Assembly: GCF_000175255.2 (NCBI RefSeq)
Contig: NC_017262.1
Coordinates: 1,920,001 to 1,952,000 of the forward strand
Direction: 5' to 3'
DNA length: 32,000 bases
Origin: Zymomonas mobilis subsp. mobilis ATCC 10988
Lineage (GTDB): Bacteria > Pseudomonadota > Alphaproteobacteria > Sphingomonadales > Sphingomonadaceae
The notes below the pieces were generated by a model. It was not told the origin of the DNA. It searched no databases and saw nothing but the letters and a program-made list of their open reading frames with translations. Each line of letters begins with the position of its first letter. Within the stretch, counting starts at the first letter, position 1. This document shows, piece by piece, positions 9,281-18,891 of this stretch. The position numbers and the translations under genes are program-made.

Positions 9281-10342
9281 TTAATTGGCAATTCTGACGG
9301 CATAAATTTGACGTTCTGCCAAAATTTTTCTTAAACTATGCGCGCCCCCCAAATGTCCGGCACCGACCGCCATAAAGACCGTTCCCGGTGTTTTTAGCCT
9401 ATTTTCAATCCAATCCGCCCATCTTCTATTCCGGTTTTCTAAAAGAATGGTCTGTAAATGCGGAATTTGGTTTAAACTCTGGTTCACAATATTGGCGAGG
9501 CGATCTTCATCACCACCGGCCCATGCCTTTATCAACAACCGGATGATAAAAGAGCTTTGCTCGTCTTCTTCAAGGCTGGATTGCAGGAAAGATATCTGAT
9601 CAGCAGAGGATAAATTAGACAGAAAAGAAAGCTGTTGTTTAAAGTCTTCTAATTCACCGATATTTTTGGCTTCGCTTTGCGCCTGCGCAATAAGGACAGG
9701 TTCTACACCCGCCATCGTTTTGATACCGCTTTTTTGATAGTGTAACAGGGTCAAAGTCACTGCGACAAACCAAGGTGAAAAGCGATCCATACTATTTTTT
9801 GCTATATGGAAATGCGCCAACTCTGCCTGAACACGCCGGTTCAAAGCAGGTGGTAGCCTTTTCTCAAGCGGTAAACCTGATTTATCAGTTGCCAATTCTG
9901 AAACAATAGCCTGCACTTGGTCTGCTGGCGGTGCTTTCGTTTCGATAACCAATTCAGAAGACTGTTCAAAAGCATCACGGACATGATTCTTGAACCAGCT
10001 ATATCGTGGATCAAGCATATGAATCGTTCCGAAAAGGTAAATCGTCGTATTATTTTTGTGGATCATCCACAGGGCTGGATGCGCATCCACCACCATAGAA
10101 GATGTGGCCGCCGCTGGCGTATTCTCTGGGATATTATTATTGGCGGGCTCGGGTAATGTTTTCTTTTTTGAAGCGGTAGCGGCCTTTTGGGGTTTTACCG
10201 TTTTTTTACCGGATATTTTAACCGGTGATATTTTTTTGACCCGACTAACCGCCGGTGTTTTTAAAGGGTGAGGATGGGTATGTGCTGAAGAGGCTAACAG
10301 GGCGAATACTATCCCGATACACGATATTACCGGTGCGATCAT
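9281..10342 (-). CDS. TraB/GumN family protein with signal peptide and Lys/Pro/Ala-rich linker
   Basis: ALWMIHKNNTTIYLFGTIHMLDPRYSWF near the start of the folded domain; ELVIETK; TVFMAVGAGHLGGAHSLRKILAERQ at the C-terminus. Confidence 0.9.
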   Translation of the reverse strand: MIAPVISCIGIVFALLASSAHTHPHPLKTPAVSRVKKISPVKISGKKTVKPQKAATASKKKTLPEPANNNIPENTPAAATSSMVVDAHPALWMIHKNNTTIYLFGTIHMLDPRYSWFKNHVRDAFEQSSELVIETKAPPADQVQAIVSELATDKSGLPLEKRLPPALNRRVQAELAHFHIAKNSMDRFSPWFVAVTLTLLHYQKSGIKTMAGVEPVLIAQAQSEAKNIGELEDFKQQLSFLSNLSSADQISFLQSSLEEDEQSSFIIRLLIKAWAGGDEDRLANIVNQSLNQIPHLQTILLENRNRRWADWIENRLKTPGTVFMAVGAGHLGGAHSLRKILAERQIYAVRIAN

Positions 10343-10672
10343 ATTATCTTCTCCTGCTATACTCTTTGGATTTACTTCTTGCTTGCACCATCGCCTATGA
10401 CAAGGGGGATGACGATAATATTTGCGATTTTTAGGCTATTCTGCCTGATAAATGGCTGAATGGAAAATGGGGAGGAGCTTGTTTCACTCTGTTTTTCTTT
10501 TGAGAAAGCAAGGAAAAACAGATTTTTAACGGAATAGGCTTCAATTCTGTCCGGTTACTGGTTAGAGCGTAAAAGTTCCGTTTTCTTATCGAAAAGAGGA
10601 ATAACGTGTTCTTTCCGCCGGTATATCCGGCACATATTTGTCCCTGTTACCATGGGTAACATTCGAGGAAAA

Positions 10673-11545
10673 ATGCCAGATAGTCTGTCCTTCCAAGCCC
10701 TCATCCTGAAACTTCATGATTACTGGAGTCAGCAAGGATGCGTCATTTTACAACCTTATGATATGGAAATGGGGGCGGGAACCTTTCATCCGGCCACCAG
10801 CCTGAAAGCTCTTGGGCCCAATCCATGGAAAGCGGCCTATGTTCAGCCTTGCCGCCGTCCTGCCGATGGGCGCTATGGGGAAAACCCGAACCGGCTTTGT
10901 CATTATTATCAGTATCAGGTTATCTTGAAGCCTTCGCCTGATAATATTCAGGCGCTTTATCTAGGTTCACTGGAAGCCATCGGTATTGATCTTAGCCGAC
11001 ATGATATCCGCTTTGTCGAAGATGACTGGGAAAGCCCAACTTTAGGCGCATGGGGTTTAGGCTGGGAAGTCTGGTGCGATGGGATGGAGGTAACGCAGTT
11101 TACCTATTTCCAACAGATCGGTGGATTTGACTGTAAACCGGTTTCCGGCGAAATTACCTACGGCCTTGAACGTCTGGCTATGTATATACAGGGCGTTGAT
11201 AACGTCTATGACCTGCGTTTTAATGATGCAGGTGTTAGCTATGGCGATGTTTTCCTTGAAAATGAACGCCAATTTTCAGCCTATAATTTTGAAGCCGCGA
11301 ATACAGAAACGCTTTTCCGCTGGTTCAAAGAGGCTTCGCAAGAATGTAAAGCCTTGCTTGAACGCGAAAAACCGTTGCCTTTACCGGCCTATGATCAGGC
11401 GATCAAAGCCAGTCATATCTTTAACCTGTTGCAATCACGCGGCATGATTTCTGTAACCGAACGGCAAGCCTATATCGGACGCGTGCGGGAATTGACCAAG
11501 GCTGTTGCGGCGGCATGGATGGCCTATAACGGATGGGAGGCATAA
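10673..11545 (+). CDS. glyQ: Glycyl-tRNA synthetase alpha subunit
   Basis: [84 protein letters not shown]. The ORF opens at 10652; ATG 10673 is more probable. Confidence 0.98.
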   Translation: MPDSLSFQALILKLHDYWSQQGCVILQPYDMEMGAGTFHPATSLKALGPNPWKAAYVQPCRRPADGRYGENPNRLCHYYQYQVILKPSPDNIQALYLGSLEAIGIDLSRHDIRFVEDDWESPTLGAWGLGWEVWCDGMEVTQFTYFQQIGGFDCKPVSGEITYGLERLAMYIQGVDNVYDLRFNDAGVSYGDVFLENERQFSAYNFEAANTETLFRWFKEASQECKALLEREKPLPLPAYDQAIKASHIFNLLQSRGMISVTERQAYIGRVRELTKAVAAAWMAYNGWEA

Positions 11546-11548
11546 CCG

Positions 11549-13597
11549 ATGGCTGATTTTCTGCTTGAGCTCCGTTCCGAAGAAATTCCGGCCGGTCTAC
11601 AAAAAATGGCGGTTGAAAAACTGGCTGAACTTCTTTCTGCAAAATTGAAAGAAGCGGGTATCAACCCGACAAAAATCGAAAAATACGCAACGCCTCGCCG
11701 TATCGCTTTATTGATGCGCGATTTACCGGCAAAGACCGAAGCCGTTCAGGAAGAACGGCGTGGGCCTCGTGCCGACGCGCCTGAAAAAGCCTTGGCTGGT
11801 TTCTTGCGTTCAACCGGTCTTACAAAAGAAGAACTGGAATTACGCGAAACGCCCAAGGGTAATTTCTATTATGCTCATATTGAAAAGCCCGGCCAAACGC
11901 TGATTGCTTTATTGGGTGAGGCGATACCGGCTATTATCAAGACTTTTCCTTGGCCAAAATCGATGCGCTGGGGCAATTTCTCTGCCAGCAGCGAGTCCTT
12001 GCGTTGGGTCAGACCTTTAAAGGGTATTGTTGCCCTTATTGATGAGCAACTTATTCCAATCGAATTGGACGGCATCACTTCAGGTACAGAAACGAAAGGG
12101 CATCCTTTCCATCACCCTGATGTCGTCACTCTTGCCAAAGCTTCGGATTATCCCGAAAAAATGGCCGCTGCACATGTCATGATAGATTTTGATGCGCGGG
12201 TGCAGAAAATTACCGATGAGGCAAGAAAAGCTGCTCAAAAGGCGGGCTTAACCTTGATCGAAGATGCGGCCTTGGCACAAGAAAATGCTGGGCTGACAGA
12301 ATGGCCAGTTCCGCTTTTGGGTCGCTTTGATGAGGCTTATCTGGCTGTGCCAAGAGAAGTCATTCAGCTCACGATGCGGACAAACCAGAAATATTTTGCC
12401 TGCACCGATCGCAACCAAGATTTGGCCGCTGTTTTCATCTGTGTTGCTGATATGGAAGCGCAAGATGGCGGTAAAGAAATCACGCAAGGCAATGAAAAGG
12501 TGCTGTCCGCCCGCCTCGCTGATGCCCGCTTCTTCTGGGAACAGGATTTAAAAATCCCGCTTGAAGATTGGCTCCCAAGACTTGATTCCGTCCTTTTCTA
12601 TGAAGGTATGGGATCAGTTGGCGACAAAGCCAAACGGATCGCTCATCTGTCCGGCTATATCGCCGACCAGATCGGTGCAGACCGGAAACAGGCTGAACGG
12701 GCAGGACTTCTTGCCAAGGCTGATCTTGCTAGTAATATGGTTGGCGAATTCCCTGAATTACAGGGCGTTATGGGTGGCTATTATGCCAAAGCCGGTAATG
12801 AAGCGCCCGATGTCGTCTCCGCTGTCAGCGGCCAATATCAGGCCGAAGCTGGAGCTGGCGTTGCAGCAGCGGTTTCGCTTGCTGATCGTATCGACAGCTT
12901 GGCCTGCTTCTTTGTCCGTAATATCCGGCCTACCGGATCGAAAGATCCTTTTGCTCTCCGGCGTGCTGCGGTTCAAATTATTCAGACCATTATTGCACAT
13001 CAATTGCGGTTGCCCTTAACGCCTTTATTTGAAAAAGCAGGGGCAGGCGATCAGATTGAAAGTTTGTTGGCCTTTATCACCGAACGGTTAAAGGTGCAGC
13101 AGCGTGAAGCCGGTATCCGCTATGATTTAATCGATGCCGTGCTGGCACTGGGTTACGAAGATGATGTTATTCGTCTTCTGGCAAGGGTGCAGGCATTGCA
13201 AAGCTTTATTGAAAGCGAAGACGGAAGTGATCTTCTGGCGGGCTATCGTCGGGCAGTCAATATCCTGAAGGGTAGCGAAGCCTCTGAAAAAGGCGATATC
13301 AGTCAGGAAGATATCGAACAACCTGAACAGGATTTACAAAAGGCTCTTCAGGCGATAGAAGCGCCCCTAGAACAGGCGCTGAAAGCTGAAGATTACGCCG
13401 CCGCGATGACGGCATTGGCAAGCTTACGTCAGCCGATTGACCAGTTTTTTGATAAAGTGATCGTCAATCACGATAAAGCTGGTATCCGCTCACGCCGTTT
13501 GGCGCTCTTAGAACAAATCCGCACAGCTATGCATCAGGTTGCTGATTTTTCAGTTGTTGAAGCTTTAACTATTGAAGCTTCGGGGCGTAAACGCTAA
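11549..13597 (+). CDS. glyS: Glycyl-tRNA synthetase beta subunit
   Basis: FLLELRSEEIPAGLQKMAVEKL, YATPRRIALL, FPWPKSMRWG, LADARFFWEQDLK, LARVQALQSF, FFDKVIVN. Starts 3 nt after the glyQ stop region. Confidence 0.98.
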   Translation: MADFLLELRSEEIPAGLQKMAVEKLAELLSAKLKEAGINPTKIEKYATPRRIALLMRDLPAKTEAVQEERRGPRADAPEKALAGFLRSTGLTKEELELRETPKGNFYYAHIEKPGQTLIALLGEAIPAIIKTFPWPKSMRWGNFSASSESLRWVRPLKGIVALIDEQLIPIELDGITSGTETKGHPFHHPDVVTLAKASDYPEKMAAAHVMIDFDARVQKITDEARKAAQKAGLTLIEDAALAQENAGLTEWPVPLLGRFDEAYLAVPREVIQLTMRTNQKYFACTDRNQDLAAVFICVADMEAQDGGKEITQGNEKVLSARLADARFFWEQDLKIPLEDWLPRLDSVLFYEGMGSVGDKAKRIAHLSGYIADQIGADRKQAERAGLLAKADLASNMVGEFPELQGVMGGYYAKAGNEAPDVVSAVSGQYQAEAGAGVAAAVSLADRIDSLACFFVRNIRPTGSKDPFALRRAAVQIIQTIIAHQLRLPLTPLFEKAGAGDQIESLLAFITERLKVQQREAGIRYDLIDAVLALGYEDDVIRLLARVQALQSFIESEDGSDLLAGYRRAVNILKGSEASEKGDISQEDIEQPEQDLQKALQAIEAPLEQALKAEDYAAAMTALASLRQPIDQFFDKVIVNHDKAGIRSRRLALLEQIRTAMHQVADFSVVEALTIEASGRKR

Positions 13598-13624
13598 ATA
13601 CAATAGAGCTTACGCATTAAGGAA

Positions 13625-13657
13625 AGACGGTTCAGAATTTTGAACCGTCTTTTTTTA
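13625..13657 (+). terminator. Rho-independent terminator of glyQS
   Basis: Perfect 10-bp stem AGACGGTTCA / TGAACCGTCT with 6-nt loop followed by a run of T, about 28 bp after the glyS stop. Confidence 0.93.
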
Positions 13658-13978
13658 TGTGTAATAATAGTTGTTCTTTATAACAAAATACCAAATTTAA
13701 AAATAAAATTATTTTTTACAATGAAATAAAAATATTCCCAATTTGGATTATTTGATTCTAAAATTAGATATTATTTTAACGCGATTTATAAAACAGATTA
13801 TCTTTGATATTATTTACTGAAATAGCGTTTTTAATATTGAATTTTGACTATAAATAATATGCATCTTATTTCTCATTTTAATAATTTTATTTCAAAAAAA
13901 TAGGTGCTTCTTGATCCGCTTGTGATCCGAAAATGAAGCATAGCGTATGATTCATGAATCAGAGGGCCAGCCTTAAGA

Positions 13979-15301
13979 CTACCCTTCATCATTTTCACTT
14001 AATCGCGTGAACCATTTAACGACAGGTATGGCGCAAATAATAAGCATCAAAAAAGACGAAATGACACTGGATAATGCCGCTCCATTGATACCGGCCACGC
14101 GCATCATTCCATATAAGAATACAAAATAGCAGCCAATAATTGCGGTTCTAGCTTTAAGAACAAAGGATATCCGTTTCATCACTGTTAAAAGCGGCTCAAT
14201 CGGCACAAGGCAGATATCAAACAAAGCACTACAAACCAGCAAAACTAAAATAGTTTTTTCGCCTGGCCAGCTATAATGCAACATATAGGTAAAAAGACGT
14301 TCTCCAACCAAGACCGTCAGGAAAAACACCAATAGAGAAAAGCCCAAAATAAGACCGAATATCTTTAAGGTAACAAGGCGCATACCATGCCAATCGCCCT
14401 GATCCCGAAAACGAATAAATTCAGGATATAGGGTAGGGATCATCATCTGGGCTGGTTTGGATAAACCGTTACTAATCTGGCGCGCGACCCGATAGACAGC
14501 GGCTTCCCCAGCCCCCAGTGAACTACCAATAGCAAGGGTGCCACCCTGCTGGAAAATGGAGTCTAGGATTTCATTAAAACTGACGCTTAAAGTGAATTTC
14601 CACATCCCTTCAACGGGCGTTTTTCTCTGAAATATTTTTCTTATCGGAAAAGCTCGTTCCGTATATTGGTGAAAGAGATAAATGCCAGCGTAACTACAGG
14701 TGACAAAAAGCGTGAATTGCGTCAGGCACCATATAAACAAAAAATACCCCAAAGGCATATGAAGCCAATAACCAATGCCACAACCTCCGGTTCTGACGCA
14801 GGTCGTAATAAATTCATAAATAGTGACCAGTTTAAAGCGGTTACACAGCCGCAACATCCCGGTTGACCAGCCGATATTCATAAAAAGTATAATCAGCATA
14901 CAAAGCAAGGCATCTGGCTTGACCTCGGCAGGCCATCCCAATCTTGAAGTGCCTAAAATCAAGATACCGCCTAACCCTACCAACATACCTATCGCCGCAC
15001 TAAAAAAATCGGCTCTGATGCAAAAGGCAAGGACATCATCAAATTGGTTAAAATCTTTTTCCTGAAAAGCTTTTGAACCGTAATGCAGCAAGGTTTGCCA
15101 TGACTGAAAACGGGTAATATCCGAAATCAGGGTAGCAAAAGTCGTAATCAAAAGCATGACACCAAACAGGTTCAATCCCAATGTCTGGGATGTCCATGCG
15201 ACATAGACAAAACTGCATACCGCATTCAAAACACGGCCTGTAATCAGAATGCCGGTATTGCCAATAATACGGGAAAAGACAGATCGGGATTTCTGGGGCA
15301 T
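13979..15301 (-). CDS. Wzx/MATE-like polysaccharide or lipid-linked oligosaccharide flippase (MOP superfamily)
   Basis: About 440 aa with many hydrophobic segments. N-terminal IIGNTGILITGRVLNAVCSFVYVAWTSQTLGLNLFGVMLLITTFATLISDITRFQSWQTLLHYG resembles flippase helices 1-2. The ORF opens at 15382; Met28 (15301) precedes the conserved region. Confidence 0.75.
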   Translation of the reverse strand: MPQKSRSVFSRIIGNTGILITGRVLNAVCSFVYVAWTSQTLGLNLFGVMLLITTFATLISDITRFQSWQTLLHYGSKAFQEKDFNQFDDVLAFCIRADFFSAAIGMLVGLGGILILGTSRLGWPAEVKPDALLCMLIILFMNIGWSTGMLRLCNRFKLVTIYEFITTCVRTGGCGIGYWLHMPLGYFLFIWCLTQFTLFVTCSYAGIYLFHQYTERAFPIRKIFQRKTPVEGMWKFTLSVSFNEILDSIFQQGGTLAIGSSLGAGEAAVYRVARQISNGLSKPAQMMIPTLYPEFIRFRDQGDWHGMRLVTLKIFGLILGFSLLVFFLTVLVGERLFTYMLHYSWPGEKTILVLLVCSALFDICLVPIEPLLTVMKRISFVLKARTAIIGCYFVFLYGMMRVAGINGAALSSVISSFLMLIICAIPVVKWFTRLSENDEG

Positions 15302-15479
15302 GATATCCAAACAGGCATCACTGACAGAAAGGCAGTCAAAGGTCAGTCTTGCCTTAATAAAAAGGGTCTTTTGATAGCCCATCTTTTAAAGAAGGCTATT
15401 TCATAAGCAATATCTATATTGTTAATAACGGTATCGCTTATAATAGATCATATTTTCAAAATAGGCTGAAAGCATATTG

Positions 15480-16373
15480 ATGGGTATCAGAAAAGATCTA
15501 TGGAAAATTTTCCTTGTAAAACAGCCTATTACCGAGATTTTGCAGTCTTCTAAAATCCGCGGCGAAATACTCGATATTACCCGCGATCTGAATTTCTATT
15601 GCTTTTCTGCGGATCCCTTTGGCTTCGAAAAAGACAATACTCTTTATGTTTTTTCCGAATATTATGATTACAGGAGCCGTAAAGGGGTCATCGAATGTCA
15701 AAGCTTTAATAAAGAGTTACAGCTTCTTTCTCAAAAAACGGTGCTTTCTGAAGATTGGCACCTATCCTATCCCTATGTTTTTGAAGCCGATAACCAAATC
15801 TATATGCTGCCAGAGGCTTCCCGTAATCATAAACTGACGCTTTATCATGCCATATCTTTTCCTGATCATTGGGAACGGCTCTGCGATATAGATTTGGGGG
15901 GCGATATCGCCATTGATGCTACGCCGGTTTTCCATGATGGCATGTGGTGGTTATTCTATATGTCGGGATATGCCAAAGCCCGTAAGAAGCAAGAACTTCA
16001 TGCCGCCTATGCTCGTGAACTAACCGGAAAATGGACAGTTTACAAAAACAATCCGGTCATTGAAGGGTTTGCCTATAGTCGTCCCGGTGGAAGTGCTGTT
16101 ATCAACAAAGAGGGCAAATTAGTCCTGCCGGTTCAAGATTGTGTAACAACCTATGGCCGTGCTGTCCGCTCTTTATTATTCGATCATTTAAGTCCTGATT
16201 TAATACAATACTCGGTTGGAAAAGCGATCGATATTCCGGCTTCTTTGTCACCCTATACCGAGGGGATGCATACCCTATCTGCTATCGGGGATATGACTCT
16301 TATAGACGCAAAGAAAACCGATCTTTCATTAAAAGGCATCGGGTTACAAATCATAAGAGAATTCAAGAAATAA
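15480..16373 (+). CDS. Protein resembling the glucosamine inositolphosphorylceramide transferase 1 (GINT1) N-terminal domain; beta-propeller-like fold expected
   Basis: Motifs such as NFYCFSADPFGFEKDNTLYVFSEYYDYRSRKGVIECQSF, HLSYPYVFEADNQIYMLPEASRNHKLTLY, IDATPVFHDGMWWLFY, HAAYARELTGKWTVYKNNPVIEG.AYSRPGGSAV, LVLPVQDCVTTYGRAV. ATG at 15480 follows an in-frame TTG at 15477. Family assignment is from memory of motif style. Confidence 0.7.
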   Translation: MGIRKDLWKIFLVKQPITEILQSSKIRGEILDITRDLNFYCFSADPFGFEKDNTLYVFSEYYDYRSRKGVIECQSFNKELQLLSQKTVLSEDWHLSYPYVFEADNQIYMLPEASRNHKLTLYHAISFPDHWERLCDIDLGGDIAIDATPVFHDGMWWLFYMSGYAKARKKQELHAAYARELTGKWTVYKNNPVIEGFAYSRPGGSAVINKEGKLVLPVQDCVTTYGRAVRSLLFDHLSPDLIQYSVGKAIDIPASLSPYTEGMHTLSAIGDMTLIDAKKTDLSLKGIGLQIIREFKK

Positions 16374-16420
16374 ACCTCATACAGACTATAATTGTCTGTA
16401 TGAGGCCTATTCAACAGAAA

Positions 16421-17518
16421 TTAGCGAAAGCGATTAGGGCGATAGCGCGTCGGATCGACCTCTGCCATCCAGTCAGGCAGCTCTTCGCCTAATAACAGGC
16501 AAGCTGCCAACATTGATCCCGCAACCGAGGTCTGAATACCAAAGCCACCCTGTCCGGCACACCAAAAGAAGCCTTCTGCCAATGGATCTGCACCATAGAC
16601 GGGGGCTCGATCAGGTGAAAAACTGCGTAATCCAGCCCAGCAGCGTTCTACCTTTTCAATTTTCCAGTCGGCGGCTTTGCTAAAACGATCAATAGCCAAG
16701 GCGATATCGATTTCTTCCGGCGCGACATCTGCCGGAGCTTGGGCGTGTTCATCATGAGGGGTCAACCAAATACGATTACCGTCTTCCGGCTTGAAATAGA
16801 AACGGGTCAAGGCATCCATGATCAACGGCATTTCTGCCGGTGGGGTAGGGGAAACCTGCAACTGAATCATGGTGCGACGATATGGCGTAATGACAATGGG
16901 CAAAGCCCCTGCCAATGCGGCTACTTCGCTCGCCCATGCACCGGCTGCATTGACAACCCGTTTGGCTTTGAATTCATCGCGTGTTGTTTTGATCTGCCAA
17001 TAACCATCCAGACGTTTAAGGCCTGTCACGCGATTATAGGTTTTTAAATGGGTGCCACTTTTCTGGGCAATGGATAGAAAATGGGCATGCAAAGCACCGA
17101 CATCGATATCTTCACAACTGCCTTCTTTTAAACCTAGATCCCAGCCTTCTTTCAGACGACCACCTGTCGCTTCGATGTCTTTACGATCAAGAGGCGTTAA
17201 AACAACTGACGTATCGGCAAAATTGTCTTGTAGCTGTTTTAAGGCTTCCAGACCGTCTTTATCGGCAACATGAGCGATCCCGCGCGGTGACAAAAATCCA
17301 CCGGCCTTCAATTTCGGGCCCGTTGCGCTGGTAAGCGGCTGAACAGCGGGGCCTCCATAGGTTTCTGACCAAAAGGCGGCCGACCTTCCCGTTGCATGAT
17401 AACCGGGGGCAGATTCTGCCTCCAATAGTAAGATATTGGCCTTATCTCCAAGCATAGCTGCCAAACCAGCGCCGGCAATTCCGCTTCCGATAATGGCGAT
17501 ATCGAAAATTTCTGACAT
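16421..17518 (-). CDS. FAD-dependent oxidoreductase, DAO family (glycine/D-amino-acid oxidase/dehydrogenase-like)
   Basis: FDIAIIGSGIAGAGLAAMLG Rossmann motif, GYHATGRSAAFWSETYGG, VVNAAGAWASEVA, CWAGLRSFSPDRAPVYGADP.AEGFFWCAGQGGFGIQTS. Start trimmed from 17539 to ATG 17518. Confidence 0.9.
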   Translation of the reverse strand: MSEIFDIAIIGSGIAGAGLAAMLGDKANILLLEAESAPGYHATGRSAAFWSETYGGPAVQPLTSATGPKLKAGGFLSPRGIAHVADKDGLEALKQLQDNFADTSVVLTPLDRKDIEATGGRLKEGWDLGLKEGSCEDIDVGALHAHFLSIAQKSGTHLKTYNRVTGLKRLDGYWQIKTTRDEFKAKRVVNAAGAWASEVAALAGALPIVITPYRRTMIQLQVSPTPPAEMPLIMDALTRFYFKPEDGNRIWLTPHDEHAQAPADVAPEEIDIALAIDRFSKAADWKIEKVERCWAGLRSFSPDRAPVYGADPLAEGFFWCAGQGGFGIQTSVAGSMLAACLLLGEELPDWMAEVDPTRYRPNRFR

Positions 17519-18008
17519 TCTTTTCTCCATCTCGACCATTCGGACGGGATATGTGACCCCAGCCTGATCTTAAAAAATCGGCTGTCGATCTCATATCTCG
17601 ACAAACAAGGGTTTCATTGCCATCTTGGAGTAAAAATAGGAAGGAAAGTTATTATTCTCGAATAGCTGTTCACTTAAAAAACAGCCTTTGACGATTAGAA
17701 TGATTCTGAGTCCAATCGCTTGTTGCGATAAGAAATTTTCAAAAATAAGCGATAAAATAGATTAAAAATTCAAAAAATATACAAAATTTTTATTTAAATT
17801 TTAAATTCTATCTTGGAAATATTAAAAAATTATTAAAAATAACAGAAATATCCAATATTTTATAAATTGTGCTATATTTACAGTGCAGTTGAGCCACAGT
17901 TTGATGTTTTTCTATAAAAGTAAAGTGAGAATCCCCTTATAAATATAGAAAATATATCAATCTTTAGTTAGAAAGTTTTCATTCGGATAAGGGGATAAAA
18001 ATCAGACA

Positions 18009-18839
18009 ATGACATGGGGCAAGCTTGATATCGGCTTGACGAGGGGGAAGAAGACCTTTGCATATGCATTGGGGGGATGCTTTTTATCTTTTTTCCTTCA
18101 GCCGATGGCGATAGCTGCACCTGCATCGCTTATTGGACCACCACGTCCTGAAGTTTCTTCCAGCCGTGGTTTGCAGCCGGTTCGGGTTATGCACAGCCGC
18201 CATTCTGAATCGAAAGAAGGCAATCGCCTCTTGGGGCGGGTAAGCAGTAACGCGCCGATTGGTTCTTTTACGCCGTCTATCGGTGATCCACGCTTGGCCG
18301 CTGCCTTTGCCCAATCTTCGAATAATGGCTTGTCATCTGGTTTCCAATTTACGCCCTCCTCGGTTCCGGGGCATAAGCGGGCTGTCACCGTTGCAGTTCG
18401 GACGCATATTCTTCCTCCGACCGGCGAGAAAAACGGAACGCCCCAGAGCTTAAGTATTTCTCCGAATACCGCTTACAATATGGGGGCATCCCTCAGCTGG
18501 AAAGAATTCACGCTGAATGGTGATGTCGGTCATATCAATGATGGTCCCATTATAGGCGGCCGTGATGCTTTTGATGTTGGGGTGAATTATACCCATCACA
18601 ATTGGTCAACACGGTTACAGATGAATGCTGCCCATAATAGCGGCGAAAGGGCAAACGCCATCGGGGATAATAGCAATTATTCTCTTGATGTCGCTGGATC
18701 TTATATGATTAACCATCGCTTCCAGATTTCCGGTGGCCTTCGTTATACGATGCAACGGAATAGCCATATTGTGCCTTCTGCCCCTGATGTCCAAAGGGAT
18801 GGGCAGGCTGTTTATCTGGGTACCAGTTTTAATTTCTGA
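18009..18839 (+). CDS. Putative small outer-membrane beta-barrel protein with signal peptide
   Basis: Hydrophobic signal TFAYALGGCFLSFFLQPMAIAAP; C-terminal half shows alternating amphipathic strands (MGASLSWKEFTLNGDVGHI, FDVGVNYTHHNWSTRLQMNAAHN, YSLDVAGSYMINHRFQISGGLRYTMQ) and a terminal aromatic (VYLGTSFNF). Confidence 0.7.
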   Translation: MTWGKLDIGLTRGKKTFAYALGGCFLSFFLQPMAIAAPASLIGPPRPEVSSSRGLQPVRVMHSRHSESKEGNRLLGRVSSNAPIGSFTPSIGDPRLAAAFAQSSNNGLSSGFQFTPSSVPGHKRAVTVAVRTHILPPTGEKNGTPQSLSISPNTAYNMGASLSWKEFTLNGDVGHINDGPIIGGRDAFDVGVNYTHHNWSTRLQMNAAHNSGERANAIGDNSNYSLDVAGSYMINHRFQISGGLRYTMQRNSHIVPSAPDVQRDGQAVYLGTSFNF

Positions 18840-18891
18840 TATATTCTAAGCTGTTCAAAAGAGCAGAATAACCAATAAGGGAGTTTTTCCT

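Noticed and set aside
12561-13019. 152-aa plus-strand ORF inside glyS
   Set aside because: Entirely nested in an alternative frame of a clear, conserved glyS; composition is not protein-like in any recognised way.
13658-13900. AT-rich stretch between glyS and the flippase as a possible repeat or element
   Set aside because: Composition bias only; no clear tandem structure, ORF or conserved motif apart from the glyQS terminator.
18098-18453. ORFs antisense or out of frame to the OMP candidate (18098..18388 -, 18259..18453 +)
   Set aside because: Overlap an ORF with signal peptide and barrel features; no own RBS or family signature.
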